Shown one piece after another: positions 50,443-62,888 of a DNA stretch of 64,000 nucleotides. Made by a program: the position numbers and the translations under genes. The notes under the pieces were generated by a model. That model had not been told where the DNA came from, ran no database searches, and saw nothing but the letters and a program-made list of their open reading frames with translations. Origin of the DNA: an uncultured bacterium (GTDB taxonomy: Bacteria > Verrucomicrobiota > Verrucomicrobiia > Limisphaerales > UBA8199); the NCBI GenBank assembly GCA_963749495.1, contig CAVVMW010000024.1, positions 96,001-160,000 of the forward strand, given 5' to 3'. How positions within the stretch are numbered: position 1 is the first letter of the stretch; each line of letters begins with the position of its first letter.

Positions 50443-53278
50443 ACTCCATTATTCTCACTTTGAACCATTGGGCGGGGCCGGTCCTGGCCTTCGCCTGGCC
50501 GATGCTCTGGCAGTCCGGCCTGCTGATCGGCTTTTTGTTCGCCCTGGATCTCGCGTTGCGGCACAGGCTGCGCGCCTCGGTGCGCTACGCGCTCTGGCTG
50601 GTGGTGCTGGCCAAGCTGGCGCTGCCGCCGTCGCTGGCCCTGCCCTCCGGCCTGGGCTGGTGGCTGCGTCCGGCCGCAGCAGTGCCCGCCGCGCCTCGCC
50701 CCGTTGTGGTGTCCGTCACTTACGGACCCGTCTTAGCCAACGGGCCCCAGGCGCCGATGGCTGCCCTGGCTCGGCCCGCGCGTCCGGCGCCGCGGCTCTC
50801 CGCTGCGGCCTGGGCGCTGGCGGGGACGGGCGCCGTCAGCCTCGGTTTGCTGGCCTGGATGCTGGTTCGCTGGGGGCAGGTTGCCCGCGAGGCGAGGCGC
50901 GCGGCGCCCGCCCCGGGCTGGCTCGAGGAACTGTTCGCCGAGGCGCGGCGGCTGAGCGGTCTGCGGCGGGGCGCGCGGCTCAGGCTCATCGATGGCCCGA
51001 TGTCACCGGCAGTCTGCGGCCTGCTGCGCCCGGTCATCCTGGTGCCCCGCGCCCTGGCCGAGGAGCTCCCGCCGGACCAACTCCGGACCGTGCTCCTGCA
51101 CGAGTTGGTCCATCTCCGTCGCGGCGACGTTCTGGCTCAGCTTGGTCCAATCGCTGCTCCAGATTATCTATTGGTGGCACCCGCTGCTCTGGCTGGCCAA
51201 CGCCCGCATCCGCCGCGCCCGCGAGGAGGCCGTGGACGACGCGGTCGTGCTCGCGCTGGAGGGCGGCGCCGAGGCCTACGCGCCCACGCTGCTCGAGGTC
51301 GCCAGGCTGGCCCTGTCGCGTCCGCCGACGGGCCTCGGCCTCGTCGGCATCCTCGAATCCCGCAGTTTCCTGCGCCAGCGCATCGAGCGGCTGCTGGAGT
51401 TTCGTCCGCCCCGCCGGGCCGGGCTGACGCTCGCCTCGCTGTTCTCCGTCGCCGCTTTTGCCGCGCTGGCCCTGCCGATGGGCCAGGCGCGGGCAACGGC
51501 CACCGCGGAGCCGGCAACGCCGTCACAGACACAGGCAAAGGTCATCGTCGCTGATGAGAGGGCCGAATCCTGGGATGCGGAGGCGGCCTCGACCGCTCCT
51601 GGCGGTTTCATCTCCTCAAACAAAGTCTCGACTGAAGAAAGCCGCAGGGCCGCTCATCTCGTGCAGGATGGCAAACTGCTCTACGAGATGGGCAAGCTGG
51701 ACGAGGCCGAGGCCACGCTGAAGGTGGCCATGCGCCTGGATCAGGGCTGGAAGGACGCGGCCTACTATTATCTGAACCTAATCTCGGAGGCCCGGTTCCA
51801 TGAGCGTCTGAGGGACGAGGGGGGATCCACGCGAACGAACCTCATCTACACCGGCCGTGGCCGTCAGATCATTTTCGACAAGCTCAACCACATGCGGTTG
51901 GACGAAATCAAGGGCCTGAACAATGCCCCGTTGAGCGAGGTCATCAAAGTCCTCGAAGAGTGAGGCCCTAAAGTGCGATCCGGCGGGACACGGCATCAAC
52001 TTTATCCTCGCCCCCGCTTCGGAGCCCGGCGCCATCATCACGAACGAAACGCAAACCGACCCCTATACGGGGCTGCCTGTCGCCGCGGCACCGACCGAGA
52101 CCGCCGACATCGGCACTGTCCGCGTCAAGCTCAGCCAGACTTTTCACGACATCCTCCCGTTTGATCTCCTCGAGGAGATCGTCAAGGCGGCCGACCGGCC
52201 GATCAAATACACCGTCGAGGATTTTGGCATCGTGTTTTCTCTGAAGGGCCGGGAGACGACGCCGCTTTACTTCCGCGTAATCAAAGTTGACCCGAACAGT
52301 TTCGAAGAGGGCATAAGGAAGTTCCTGGGCGTGCCGGAGAGCGACGGGGGCGCTGGAGACAAGGCCAGCCGCTCTCTGGGGACATTCAGGCTGTTCCGCC
52401 AAGTCTGTGACAAGCTCGGCGTGGACATGTCTGGCGGCAAGAGCATTTTCTACGGAGACCGCGAAGGCTCCTTGTTGGTCTATGCCACGTTGGACGACCT
52501 GGACAAAATCGAAAATTGGATTCGGGCAACCTACACCGCCGCCGCTCAGCTCAATATCAAGGCCGTGTTCCTCCAGTTGTCGAAAGCGCAAGCGCAGTCC
52601 TTCTGGGAGGAGTTCGGCTATACAAACCTGCCCGCTTCCTCGGGCAGCGTCAGGACCACAACTCTGACTGATTCCGAGGCCCAAGCCCTGTCCCGCCGCT
52701 GGGAATCCCAGGGCGGTACACACATCCTGGGCCGGGCGCAGGTCACGACCCTGGACGGGCGCCAAGTCCAGGTCAGCGTGCAGGACGTGCTGGCGATGGT
52801 CACGCGAGATGCCCAGGGCCAGGCCAAGCCGGGGAACGTGTCGCTTGGCCCCACGTTGGACGTCATCCCTTACGTCTCGGCTGACGGCTTCAGCGTGCAG
52901 ATGACGCTGATCCCGAGCCTGGCCGAGTTCATCGGTTACGACGACCCCGGTCCCTTTGCCAACCTGATCCAGACCATCCCGCCGGCGGGTTCCTCGGTTC
53001 CGGTGAGCACCCAGGCGCCGCTGCCGCACTTCCGCATCCGCCAGGTCACCACCTCGGTCAATGTCTGGGACGGCCAGACTGTCGCCGTAGGTAATTTCAC
53101 CACCAAAGACATGAACACGCTCAAGGAGCAGGACCCAGCCCTGGCCGACCTCCCGATCGTCGGAAGGCTTTTCCGCAACGAGCCCGCTGCAACCAACAAC
53201 ACCGAGGTCCTGGTCTTTGTCACCCCACGCATCATCGATCCCGCCGGCAATCCCATCCACTCCCCGCCGAGCGAATAG
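50439..53278 (+). CDS. BlaR1-like M56 metallopeptidase fused to TPR and secretin domains (frameshifts near 51130 and 51960)
   Basis: RYALW, PAVCGLLRP, LLHELVH, WWHPLLW, REE..D. C-terminal TLDGRQ, GPTLDVIP, DGQTV, DLPIVGRLFR, LVFVTPRII. Confidence 0.82.
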
Positions 53279-53293
53279 TGAAATCGAACAACG

Positions 53294-53416
53294 CAACATT
53301 GGCACAACCTTCGTCGCAGCCTTTGTCGGGTCCTTTGTCGAGAATTGGGGCCTTCGACAAAGGTCGCGACAAAGGCTGCGACGAAGGTCCGGAATCCGCA
53401 GGCTGTGCCAATGTTG
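53294..53416. repeat. Family F core within CAACATTGGCACA TIRs
   Basis: CAACATTGGCACAACCT...AGGCTGTGCCAATGTTG around CTTTGTCG/CGACAAAGG arrays. Confidence 0.83.
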
Positions 53417-53434
53417 GTTGCTGCGATTTAGTTG

Positions 53435-55383
53435 CTAACTCCCGGATTTGGGCGCCGGTTGCGGCATCTCCGGGTAGCCCCACGCCCAATCTCCCTGTTC
53501 CTCCCGGAGGTAGCGTCCGTTGCGCGAGAATCCCATCGTGCCGCCATCGTCGGTCTCATTCCAGCCGACCGAATAGAGGACGAACCGGTCATCGGCGGTC
53601 CGGCGGTATTTGAGCGGTTGGCCGTTGATAATGTCAGATGGGAGCCGGTCAATCAATTGCGGTTTGAGCGCGTCGAGCGAGTCGGGGAGCTTGCCCTGGG
53701 AAAGGCGGCAGCGTTCGAGGGCGCAGGCGACGGCGGCGCAGTCCAGGCCGGCCTGCGTAAAGGCAATGCGTTGCGGGAAGTGTTGGGCATCCCTCACGAA
53801 ACTCACCGTGCCGGAACAGTTGGTGGCGCAGAAACCAGTGGAGGCTGGGATGCTCCCGTTCGTTCCCAACCACTTCGGCGAGTTGGCGGGCGGCGGCGGG
53901 GCTGATGATGCGCTTGGCAGCGTCAATGGTGGGCAGGGCATTCTCCTGGTACACCCGGTTCAAGTCGAGTTGCTCGAAGGTAGGACCAGCCCGTGGGCGC
54001 GAGGCCGGCGATGACCAGGAGGTCCTGCTGTCGGGGATCACGCGAGGCGAAGTTGCACAGGTAATTGAAAAGGTTGTGGCGTTCCGGTCCGCGGCGCAGG
54101 TGATCGATCAGCCGCACCTCGATGAAGACGCGCTCCGCCTCCAGCGCGCGTCTGGCATCCGCGCAGAGGTCCGTGCGCAGGAGGCGCTCCTGGAGGGCGC
54201 GCAATTGGGGTTCAGACCATTGATGGCCGGCGAGGCCCTCGCTCAACGCCTGGAGGGCGCTTTGCAAGGCCCTGGTTCGAACAAGGCTCGAGATGATTAG
54301 CGGCTCGTCGCGAATAGTGTCGGCGAGGTCGAGGACCAACTGCAGGTCGTCAAAGGCGGCATCGGCCTGGCCCAGGGCAAGCCTGGCGGAGGCGCGGAGT
54401 TCGAGAATCGAGCAGGCCCGCCGGATGGGGCTCAAGTGCCGCTCCGGGATGCCCCAGGGATATTCATAGTCATAAGGGAGGTTGAACCGGGAATGGGGGC
54501 GGCGGCAGGCGGCACGGAGTTCCTCGAAGACCGGGTCGCATTCGGCCAGCGCGGCCAGCACCGCTTTTGCGGCCTCGGGCACCGTCGAGTTGGTCAAGGC
54601 CCGCGCCGCCTCAGGGGGCACGGTATAATTGGTGCCTTGCAGGAACTGCACGTGCCACCGTTGCAGGTGCGGGAGGTGGGCCCAGGAATGGAGCAGACCT
54701 TCGTCCGGTGGCTTCAAGCTCATCCAGGTTGTGGCCTTGTCGGCGGCCTCATAGCGCGGGGCGAATTTCTCAATGCGCTCCACGGCCTTCGGGTCGCGCG
54801 GCTCATAGGGATAGGACCCGCCAGTCTTAAACTCAAAGAGCGGCGCCAGGAAGGGCGTCATGGCGAAATTCTCGGCATCCGGCACCGGCGGCGGCACGAA
54901 GTCCGCAATGGTCAGTTTCCCGCCCTGGGCCTTGAGTTGGCCTTTGTAACTTTCCCACGCGTGTCTTCCGCGCCAATTCTCTTCCGTGTAGAAAAGCGCT
55001 ACCACCGTGGCGCAACAGGCCAGGCCGAAAAGGGCCAAGCGCCCGGCGAGCGGGGGCCTGGGCAGGCCGGCCGCCTCGGGCAGACGGGCCATAGGCGCCA
55101 ACCAACCCCACACCAGCGGGGCCGCGACGGTCAGCAGAAGCACCGCCCCGATGAAAGCCAGGAACATTGACTCGAGCGGCCAGCCGGCGGCGAATTCATT
55201 TGCCCAGAGTCCCAGGATCCCCTCGTCCCTAAGCCCCGACAGCGGGAACCATATAAGGTAGCCGGCCACATACAGCGCGGCTGCCCCGAGGCTGTGCATC
55301 AACAGCCGATAGATAACGGTGGACCAGGCGACAACGCGTTTGCCGTCCGCCTTGCCCACGAGAAACAATTTGGTGGTTTTCAT
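53435..55383 (-). CDS. Membrane-anchored hypothetical protein of the ECF operon (frameshift near 53960)
   Basis: N-terminal TMs, EENWRG..AW, PPPVPDAENFA. C-terminal ACALER...LP..L..L...LYSVGWN..DDGG. Confidence 0.8.
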
Positions 55384-55482
55384 ATGTTGGAATCGGATTT
55401 CGCCCACGTGTGCAGTTGGCGCATTCGTCATTCGTCATTCGTCATTCGTCATTCGACGCCCCCTGCCCACGGAGTTGGTTCA

Positions 55483-55934
55483 CTACGCGAGATCGATCTG
55501 GCGCCGCGCCTCACTGTGGGGCTTGGGGGGCGATGGCCTGGGCGGGGCAACGTCCGGTGGTTCAGCGGGCTCGATCCATTTGGCCAGCAGCCGCTGCTGT
55601 TCCATCCGGGCGTCCATCAGCGCGCGCACCGAAATGCCCGCCTCCTGGGCCGGAGCAGCGGGGGCCTGGTCCCGCATCGCCAGTTGGGCGCCCAGAATGC
55701 CGAGCCAAACAATCGCCAGCGCCGCCCAAGCCGTTGGCGACGGCCAGAGGATGGCGGGGCGCGAGTCGAATGGAGCCAGGAGAGCGCGCCACCAGGGCGC
55801 CCGGCGGCCTGGCCGCGCGGGGCCGGGCAGCGGGGCCGCTTGGCGGGCGGCCTGGAGGATCGGCGCTCGCCAATCGGGGGGATCTCCCTCAAGGGCTGCC
55901 GTGCGATCTGCCTTTCCAAGTCATCCGGTTTCAT
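55483..55934 (-). CDS. Putative anti-sigma factor (frameshift near 55880)
   Basis: Overlaps the sigma stop codon. LREIPP/DWRA..L, then a TM segment (WPSPTAWAALAIVWLGIL) after a shift in a C run. Confidence 0.7.
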
Positions 55935-56449
55935 TTGATTTCGTCATAGAGAGGACGCAGCCGCTGGCGCAATTTGTCTAATCCGTAGCGATAGCGGCTG
56001 GCGGCCGTGTTCGGGGGAATGTCCAGGAGGCTGGCAATCTGCTCGAAGGTCAGTCCCTCCCAAAGCTTGAGATGGACCACCTCCCGCTGGTCGGCGGGAA
56101 GCTCATCCAGCGCGGCCTCCAGGGCCTGGCGGAAGGCCCGTTCATCCGGGTCCGAGGCCGGCGCGAAGAGCGGGGATGCCTGGACTTCGCGCGCCAGTTG
56201 GTCCGAATGCCTCTGGGCTGCGCCGCGCCGCCGGAACAGATCTATGGCCAGGTTTCGAGCCAGGCGCAGCAGGAACGCGCGCTCCTCGCGCACGCCCTCG
56301 AGCAGGTCCGGACGCTGGGCCAGCTTGGTGAACAGGGCCTGGAGGAGGTCCCGTGTGTCGACCTCGTTCCGCGTCAGGTTCAAGAGGTACGAGAACAGGG
56401 CCTGCGCATGGTCCTGGTACAACCGCTCAAGCTCGATCGGCGCTGGCAT
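55931..56449 (-). CDS. ECF RNA polymerase sigma factor
   Basis: DLLQ, ARNLAID..RR, LPADQREVVHLK...LTFEQIA...NTAASR. Confidence 0.95.
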   Translation of the reverse strand: MPAPIELERLYQDHAQALFSYLLNLTRNEVDTRDLLQALFTKLAQRPDLLEGVREERAFLLRLARNLAIDLFRRRGAAQRHSDQLAREVQASPLFAPASDPDERAFRQALEAALDELPADQREVVHLKLWEGLTFEQIASLLDIPPNTAASRYRYGLDKLRQRLRPLYDEIK

Positions 56450-56562
56450 CTGTTTATATCATGACGCGCCCCGCAGCCGGATTTGTCTGCCGGCCCGGGT
56501 GCGGATCTGAGCATTTGACAGTCGGTCCTGGGTTTGCCTCACGTTCGTTTCGCGGAGTCCTG

Positions 56563-56822
56563 CGCGCGCGTCGCGCAGCGACGCACTGAAGGTAGCCGTG
56601 GACCTCGGTCCACGGTTGGGGACGCCGGAAGGCTCGCGCGTCGCGTAGCGACGCCTGACGGCGTCGCGCTTTTCAGGCGTCGCTACGCGACGCGGTCGAG
56701 CTTGGGCCATGGGTCCGTGGACTGGAAGTCCACGGCTACCATCGGGCAGCGCTACGCGGTGAGCCGGACGTAGTGCGCGCGTCGCGGAGCGACGCACTGA
56801 AGGCAGCCGTGGACCTCGGTCC
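56563..56822. repeat. Family H REP composite (homolog of the 13.4-14.3 kb array unit, reversed)
   Basis: GGTAGCCGTGGACCTCGGTCCACGG, GCGTCGCGTAGCGACGC, CCGTGGACTGGAAGTCCACGGCTACC. Another fragment at about 57247-57293. Confidence 0.9.
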
Positions 56823-56898
56823 TTGTCATTACCCACATCCTCACGCGCCCTCATGGAGCGGATCTGATGACCGTCAAGGATCTCCGAAGCACATTTCT

Positions 56899-57120
56899 CA
56901 TCCCGGAGGGATGCCAGATGGTAGCCGGGGGTCGAAGCGTCGCGAGACCCCCGGTCCCGCCCAGGGCAAGGGATTGCATCCCGGAGGGATGCCAGAAGGC
57001 GCCCACCGCGCACGTGTGCCCTTCTGGCACCCCGCCGGGGTGCAGGGCCACCAACGCCCTCAACCGGGGGTCGCCGCCGGACGGCGACCCCCGGCTACCT
57101 TCTGCCAACCCTCCGGGTTG
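56899..57120. repeat. REPIN family B
   Basis: Homolog of 5045-5269. Confidence 0.9.
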
Positions 57121-57340
57121 GCCGAGCGTTGCCGCCGGCTGGCATGAAGGGCGCCTTTGGCGGCTAAACTGGCCTGCTCCTCGTGCATTTCTCCCGCCTG
57201 CCCACAAGAGCAACTGATAGGATCGGTGAAAAGATGTGGGTAATGACGTGGACTGGAAGTCAACGGCTACCCTCAGGCACCGCTACGCGGTGCCGAAGCG
57301 TCCGGAAACGCTCCAGGCCTTGGCAGTGCCCATCATGCCC

Positions 57341-57793
57341 CTACTCCCTCAGCTTCGAGTCGATGATGATCGTCACCGGCCCGTCATTAGTCAGGCTTAC
57401 CTGCATCCGGGCCCCGAATTCCCCGGTCTGGACTGGTTTGCCCAGCCCCTGTGAGAGCCGCGCCACGAACCGCTCGTAGAGCGGCACCGCAATCTCCGGT
57501 CCGGCGGAGTGGCTGTAAGAGGGACGGTTGCCCTTGCGGGTGCTGGCATACAGAGTGAATTGGCTGACCACCAGGACCTGGCCCTGCACGTCCTGCAGTG
57601 ACCGGTTCATCACGCCGGCCTCATCGTCGAAAATCCGCAAGCGGGCAATCTTGCCGCTGAGCCATTCGATGTCCTCGTCCGTGTCCGCCGCTTCCACCGC
57701 CACCAGGATTAGCAATCCCTTTGCGATGGCCCCTTTGACAGTGCCCTCGATAGTGACGCTTGCCTGCGAAACTCGTTGGATGACGGCGCGCAT
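57341..57793 (-). CDS. dtd: D-aminoacyl-tRNA deacylase
   Basis: [27 protein letters not shown]. Confidence 0.97.
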   Translation of the reverse strand: MRAVIQRVSQASVTIEGTVKGAIAKGLLILVAVEAADTDEDIEWLSGKIARLRIFDDEAGVMNRSLQDVQGQVLVVSQFTLYASTRKGNRPSYSHSAGPEIAVPLYERFVARLSQGLGKPVQTGEFGARMQVSLTNDGPVTIIIDSKLRE

Positions 57794-58181
57794 AATGGCT
57801 CGCCACAGAAAAACCGAGCGAGCGGTCCCGGACAAGAAAATTGATCCGCCAGAAAGAAAGACCTGGCAGAAAAATGAAATGGCAGAAAGATGCACTACAG
57901 AGGGACGGCCCCTCACCCCGGCCCTCTCCCCATCTGATGGGGAGAGGGAGACAACCTGACGACCGCGTAGCAGGCCTCATTCGTCATTCGTCATTCGTCA
58001 TTCGTCATTCGTCATTCGTCATTCGATTCCTCATTTCCCGGCTTGCCAGCGGCCCGATTTCGCCTTATTTTGGCGGTGCGCGACGATGAAATAGTTGTTG
58101 CAACATAGGGTTCGTCTGTTATATTCCGCGTTCCTTTGCCCTGCAACGCGGGGCAAGGGACAGGAATTTTGTTACGCGAAA

Positions 58182-58610
58182 ATGCCGACCATCAATCAAT
58201 TAGTCCGTCAAGGCCGCCGCAAGCTGAGGCACAAGTCCAAGTCGCCGGCGCTGGGCAATTCGCCGTTCCGGCGGGGGGTGTGCATCCAAGTGATGACGCG
58301 CACGCCCAAGAAGCCGAACTCGGCGATGCGCAAAGTGGCCAAGGTGCGCCTGACCAACGGGCACGAGGTCATCGCCTACATCCCGGACGAGGGCCACAAC
58401 CTGCAGGAGCACTCGATCGTCCTGGTCCGGGGCGGGCGCGTGAAGGACTTGCCCGGCGTGCGCTACCACATTGTGCGCGGGACGCTGGACGCCGCCGGCG
58501 TCGAGAAACGCCGGGTCAGCCGCTCCAAATACGGGGTCAAACGCCCCAAGGAGGGCGCCAAGCCGGCGGCGGCTGCAGCCCCGGCCCCCGCCGCCGCACC
58601 TGCCGCCTGA
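58182..58610 (+). CDS. rpsL: 30S ribosomal protein S12
   Basis: [27 protein letters not shown]. Confidence 0.99.
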   Translation: MPTINQLVRQGRRKLRHKSKSPALGNSPFRRGVCIQVMTRTPKKPNSAMRKVAKVRLTNGHEVIAYIPDEGHNLQEHSIVLVRGGRVKDLPGVRYHIVRGTLDAAGVEKRRVSRSKYGVKRPKEGAKPAAAAAPAPAAAPAA

Positions 58611-58652
58611 CCTGACTTCAGCCGATTTAATCGTTTAACGCTCAACGCACAC

Positions 58653-59126
58653 ATGTCTCGACGACGACAAGCGGCCCGCCGGCCGGCCATCAAAGACGCG
58701 AAATTCAACAGCACGCTGGTTTCGCGGCTGGTGAACACGGTCATGCAGCGTGGCAAGAAGAGTGTGGCCCAAGGCATTGTCTATGGCGCCTTCGACCAGA
58801 TCATCGCCAAGAACCCGGCGTCCAACCCGCTGGAGGTCCTGCAGCGGGCGGTGGACAACGCCAAACCGCGCCTGGAGGTCAAGGCCCGGCGCGTGGGCGG
58901 CGCCACTTACCAGGTGCCGCTGGAGGTCCCGGCCGACCGCCAGTTTTCCCTTGCGCTGCGCTGGCTGGTGGACTTTGCCGACGCCCGCAAAGGCATCCCC
59001 ATGCAGGACGCCCTGGCCTCCGAGATCCTCGAGGCCTACCAGGGGCAGGGCAACGCCATCCGCAAACGCGACGAGGTCCATAAGATGGCCCAGGCCAACA
59101 AAGCATTCGCCCACTTCCGCTGGTAA
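58653..59126 (+). CDS. rpsG: 30S ribosomal protein S7
   Basis: RRVGGATYQVP, HKMAQANKAFAHFRW. Confidence 0.99.
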   Translation: MSRRRQAARRPAIKDAKFNSTLVSRLVNTVMQRGKKSVAQGIVYGAFDQIIAKNPASNPLEVLQRAVDNAKPRLEVKARRVGGATYQVPLEVPADRQFSLALRWLVDFADARKGIPMQDALASEILEAYQGQGNAIRKRDEVHKMAQANKAFAHFRW

Positions 59127-59217
59127 GACATAGCCCTGAATTTCGCCCCGACGGCGCCGGCCGGTTCCTCGGGGCGTTTTTATTCCCAGATTTAACGATA
59201 TTGATACGGAGGACACT

Positions 59218-61416
59218 ATGGAAGCGGTATTAGAGAAGAGCAAAAGCAAAACGGCGGCGCCTCGGGGGCCTGATTCCCCGCGACGGCCCTACTCGATGGA
59301 ACGTACCCGCAACATCGGCATCGCCGCGCACATCGACGCGGGCAAGACCACGACCACCGAGCGCATCCTCTTTTACACCGGCCTCATCCACAAGATGGGG
59401 GACGTCAATGACGGCAATACCGTCACCGACTGGATGGAGCAGGAACGCGAGCGGGGCATCACGATTACTTCCGCCGCCACCAGCTGCTACTGGACGCAGA
59501 AGGAAGACGGCACCTTCAAGCTCTTCCGCGGGGTGCCCCACCGCGTCAACATCATCAACACTCCGGGCCACGTGGATTTCACGGCCGAGGTCGAACGCTC
59601 GATGCGCGTCCTGGACGGCGCCGTCGCCGTCTTTTGCGGCGTGGCCGGCGTGCAGCCCCAGTCCGAAACGGTCTGGCGCCAGGCCACCAAGTACAAAGTC
59701 CCCCGCATCGCCTTCGTCAACAAGATGGACCGCACGGGCGCCAACTTCGAAAACGCGCTCAACGACATGCGCAAGAAGCTTAGCGCCTATGCCCACCCCG
59801 TCTTCCTGCCCCTGGGCAAGGAGGACGACTTTCGCGGCCTCATCGATGTCGTGAACCAGAAGGCCATCGTTTATGACCCCAACGATGACGTCGGCCTCGA
59901 GTACGCCATCACGGACATCCCCGCCGAGTTCAAGGACTGGGCCGGCGCGGCCCTGGCCCAGTTGGTGGACGCGGTGGCCAATAAGGACGACGCGGTCGCG
60001 GAGTTGGTCATCGAGAACAAACCGGTGCCCCCGCACGTCCTCAAGGCCGCCATCCGCCGCCTGACCTGCAGGCTCCAGATGGTGCCCGTCCTCTGCGGTT
60101 CGGCCTTCAAGAAACGCGGTGTCCAGCCCCTGATCGATGCCGTCATCGATTACCTCCCTTCGCCCCTGGACGTGCCCGCCCCGGTCGGCGTGGTTTCCGA
60201 CTCGGCCCAAACCGTCGAGGTGCGCTCCGACGACCATGCCAAGTTCTGCTCCCTGGCCTTCAAGCTCTGGACTGACCCCTATGTGGGCAAACTGGTGTTC
60301 TTCCGCGTTTACAGCGGACAGCTCAAGAAGGGCGACATCATCTACAACACCCGCACCCGCAAACGCGATCGCGTCAATCGCGTCATGATGGTCCAGGCCG
60401 ACAAACGCATCGATGTCGAGGCGGTCTATTCGGGCGACATCGCCGCTCTGGTCGGGCTCAGGAACATCAAGACCGGCGACACCCTCTGCGACGAGGACCT
60501 CGACGTCATGCTCGAACCGCCCACCTTTCCTGAGCCGGTCATCTCGATGGCCGTCGAGCCCAAGACCAAGGCCGACCGGGAGAAGATGAGCGAGGGCCTG
60601 CAGCGCCTGGCCGAGGAAGACCCCACCTTCCAGTGTTTCACCAACGAGGAGACCGGCCAGCTCATCATCGCCGGGATGGGCGAACTGCACCTCGAAATCA
60701 TCCGCGACCGCCTCTTCCGCGAGTTCAAGGTCGCCGCCAATGCCGGCGCCCCGCAGATCGCCTACCGTGAGACCGTGACCAAGTCCGCCCAGGGCGAGGG
60801 CAAGTTCATCCGCCAATCCGGCGGCCGCGGCCAATACGGCCACGCCCTGGTCACGCTGGCCCCCAACCCGCGCGGCAAGGGCCTCGAAATCGAAAACAAA
60901 ATCGTCGGCGGCGCCATCCCCAAGGAATACATCCCCGCCGTCATCGATGGCATCAAGGAAGCCGCCGCCGGCGGCATCCTGGCCAACTACCCCGTGGTGG
61001 ACGTGAAGGTCGCCATTATTGACGGCACCTTCCATGAGGTCGATTCGAGCGAACTGGCCTTCAAGATGGCCGGCATCTTCGCAGTCAAAGACGCTGCCAA
61101 GAGGGCCAACCCGATCCTGCTCGAACCCATCATGAAGGTCGAGTTGACCACACCCGATGAGTACCAGGGCGACCTGCTGGGCGACCTCAACCGGCGCCGC
61201 GGCAAGATCGTCCATATCGAGGCCAAGGAAGGTCTGACCATCGTTACCGCCGAGGTGCCCCTGGCCGAGATGTTCGGTTACGCCACCGCTATCCGCTCCT
61301 TGTCCAAGGGCCGCGCCTCCCATGCCATGGAGCCCCTCCGCTTCGATCCTGTCCCCGCCTCCATCGCCGCCGGCATCCTCGACGCCGCCAAAGGCAAAGC
61401 CCCCCCGCGCGCCTGA
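59218..61416 (+). CDS. fusA: Elongation factor G
   Basis: [42 protein letters not shown]. Confidence 0.98.
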   Translation: MEAVLEKSKSKTAAPRGPDSPRRPYSMERTRNIGIAAHIDAGKTTTTERILFYTGLIHKMGDVNDGNTVTDWMEQERERGITITSAATSCYWTQKEDGTFKLFRGVPHRVNIINTPGHVDFTAEVERSMRVLDGAVAVFCGVAGVQPQSETVWRQATKYKVPRIAFVNKMDRTGANFENALNDMRKKLSAYAHPVFLPLGKEDDFRGLIDVVNQKAIVYDPNDDVGLEYAITDIPAEFKDWAGAALAQLVDAVANKDDAVAELVIENKPVPPHVLKAAIRRLTCRLQMVPVLCGSAFKKRGVQPLIDAVIDYLPSPLDVPAPVGVVSDSAQTVEVRSDDHAKFCSLAFKLWTDPYVGKLVFFRVYSGQLKKGDIIYNTRTRKRDRVNRVMMVQADKRIDVEAVYSGDIAALVGLRNIKTGDTLCDEDLDVMLEPPTFPEPVISMAVEPKTKADREKMSEGLQRLAEEDPTFQCFTNEETGQLIIAGMGELHLEIIRDRLFREFKVAANAGAPQIAYRETVTKSAQGEGKFIRQSGGRGQYGHALVTLAPNPRGKGLEIENKIVGGAIPKEYIPAVIDGIKEAAAGGILANYPVVDVKVAIIDGTFHEVDSSELAFKMAGIFAVKDAAKRANPILLEPIMKVELTTPDEYQGDLLGDLNRRRGKIVHIEAKEGLTIVTAEVPLAEMFGYATAIRSLSKGRASHAMEPLRFDPVPASIAAGILDAAKGKAPPRA

Positions 61417-61532
61417 ACCTGAAAAACGGCGGTTCAACCACGGATGAACCATGGGCCTGATTCTGTTCGGGGTATGCCACCTCGAATGACTCCCATCAGA
61501 GCCCGTCCGCAGGGTGAGCTCGCCGATGCACC

Positions 61533-61913
61533 AGGGCCGAAGGCCCGCAATGTGATAGCCTGGGCTGGAGCGAGTCCGACGAGCGGAGGCCCAGGTCAGC
61601 CTCCGTCGCGGACATCCCCAGCCCTGTAAGATTTCCCCCAAACGGAATTTGGCGCATTGAACCCCCGAACCTCGTCGTTTTGTGCAAGTACTTCGCCTGC
61701 AATTGATTGCGCAGTAACTCCCCCCGGAGGTTCCTGGGGAGGGCGTCACCCCTCATGTCCCAGTCTTTGGCCAACATCGCTGCTCGCTCGCCTTCAGCAC
61801 CAAAAGCCATCTTCCGCCCCTACGGGGCGGAGCAAAGGTCTCTCTCGGCCCTTACCTGGGGCTGCGCGCTGCGCGCTTCACCCCAGGCTTTCACATTGCG
61901 GGCCTTCGGCCCT
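61533..61913. repeat. REPIN family D with additional internal sequence
   Basis: AGGGCCGAAGGCCCGCAATGTGA ... TCACATTGCGGGCCTTCGGCCCT. Confidence 0.82.
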
Positions 61914-61975
61914 CTTGTTTTCCTAGCTTATGGCTGCCATTTCCAGGATTATTTCTTGCACGAACCCTTGGCGCC

Positions 61976-62888
61976 ATGAATGTGCTTGAGCGGTGGATGC
62001 GCCGGCTCGGGCGAGGCCTGAACCGGGCGGGCCTGGGCTTGGTTGCCCTCTTGCTGGCCGGTTGCCTCTCGCTCCCGCCCCAATCTCAACCGCAAGCCCA
62101 ATCCCAGTCCCAAGCGCCCCCGCAACCGCAGTCCCAATCGGCCGCCTTCACTTTCGTGCAGCTCTGCGACCCGCAAATGGGCTTCGTGGACTACGCCGCC
62201 GAATTGGCCCGGTTCAACCGGGCCATCGACCAGGTCAACGCGCTCAAGCCGGACCTGGTGGTCATCTGCGGCGACCTGGTACACTATGCCAGCCGGAAGG
62301 CATTCGCCGATTTCAATGCCGCCAGGGCGCGCCTGCGCGTGCCCTGCTATTGCGCCCCCGGCAACCATGACGTGGGCGACGCGCCCACACCGCAATCGCT
62401 GCGCCTTTACCGGGAGTGCATCGGCCCGGACTATTATTCCTTCGAGCACAAGGGCTGTGTCTTTGCAGTTGTCAACAGCCAGCTCTGGAAATCGCCTGTC
62501 CCCGGCGAATCCGAGCGGCAGGATGCGTGGCTCAGCCAAACCCTGGCGGAAGCCGCCTGGCAAAGGCCGGCCCATCATCGTCGTCGAGCACATCCCGGTC
62601 TTTGCCAGGACGCCGGAGGAACGGGATGCTCACGACAATCTGCCCTTGAAAAAGCGCCTCGAACTGCTCGCCCTCTTCGAGCAGCGCGGCGTCCAACTTG
62701 TGTTGGCCGGCCATGCCCACCGCAGGCTGATTGGGCAGTTCCATGGCATCCGGATGGTCGCCGGAGAGACCACGAGCGTCAATTTCGACTTTCGGCCCTT
62801 TGGCTTCCGCCTGTGGCACATCGGTGTTGGACAGCCCTGGCGCAATGAGTTTGTGGTGCTGCGGCGGGAGGGGAAGCGGGGCGAATGA
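61976..62888 (+). CDS. Metallophosphoesterase lipoprotein (CPPED1-like; frameshift near 62558)
   Basis: LAGC lipobox, DPQ, GDL, GNHD, H.P, GHAH. Confidence 0.88.

Noticed and set aside
58182..58610. Streptomycin-resistance allele of rpsL
   Set aside because: The lysines in PKKPNS and RVKDLP are wild type.
59230..61749. Long antisense ORFs (also 42632-45220, 45795-48068, 10972-13038, 7500-9509, 37132-38406)
   Set aside because: Mirror frames of real high-GC3 genes with no recognisable motifs.
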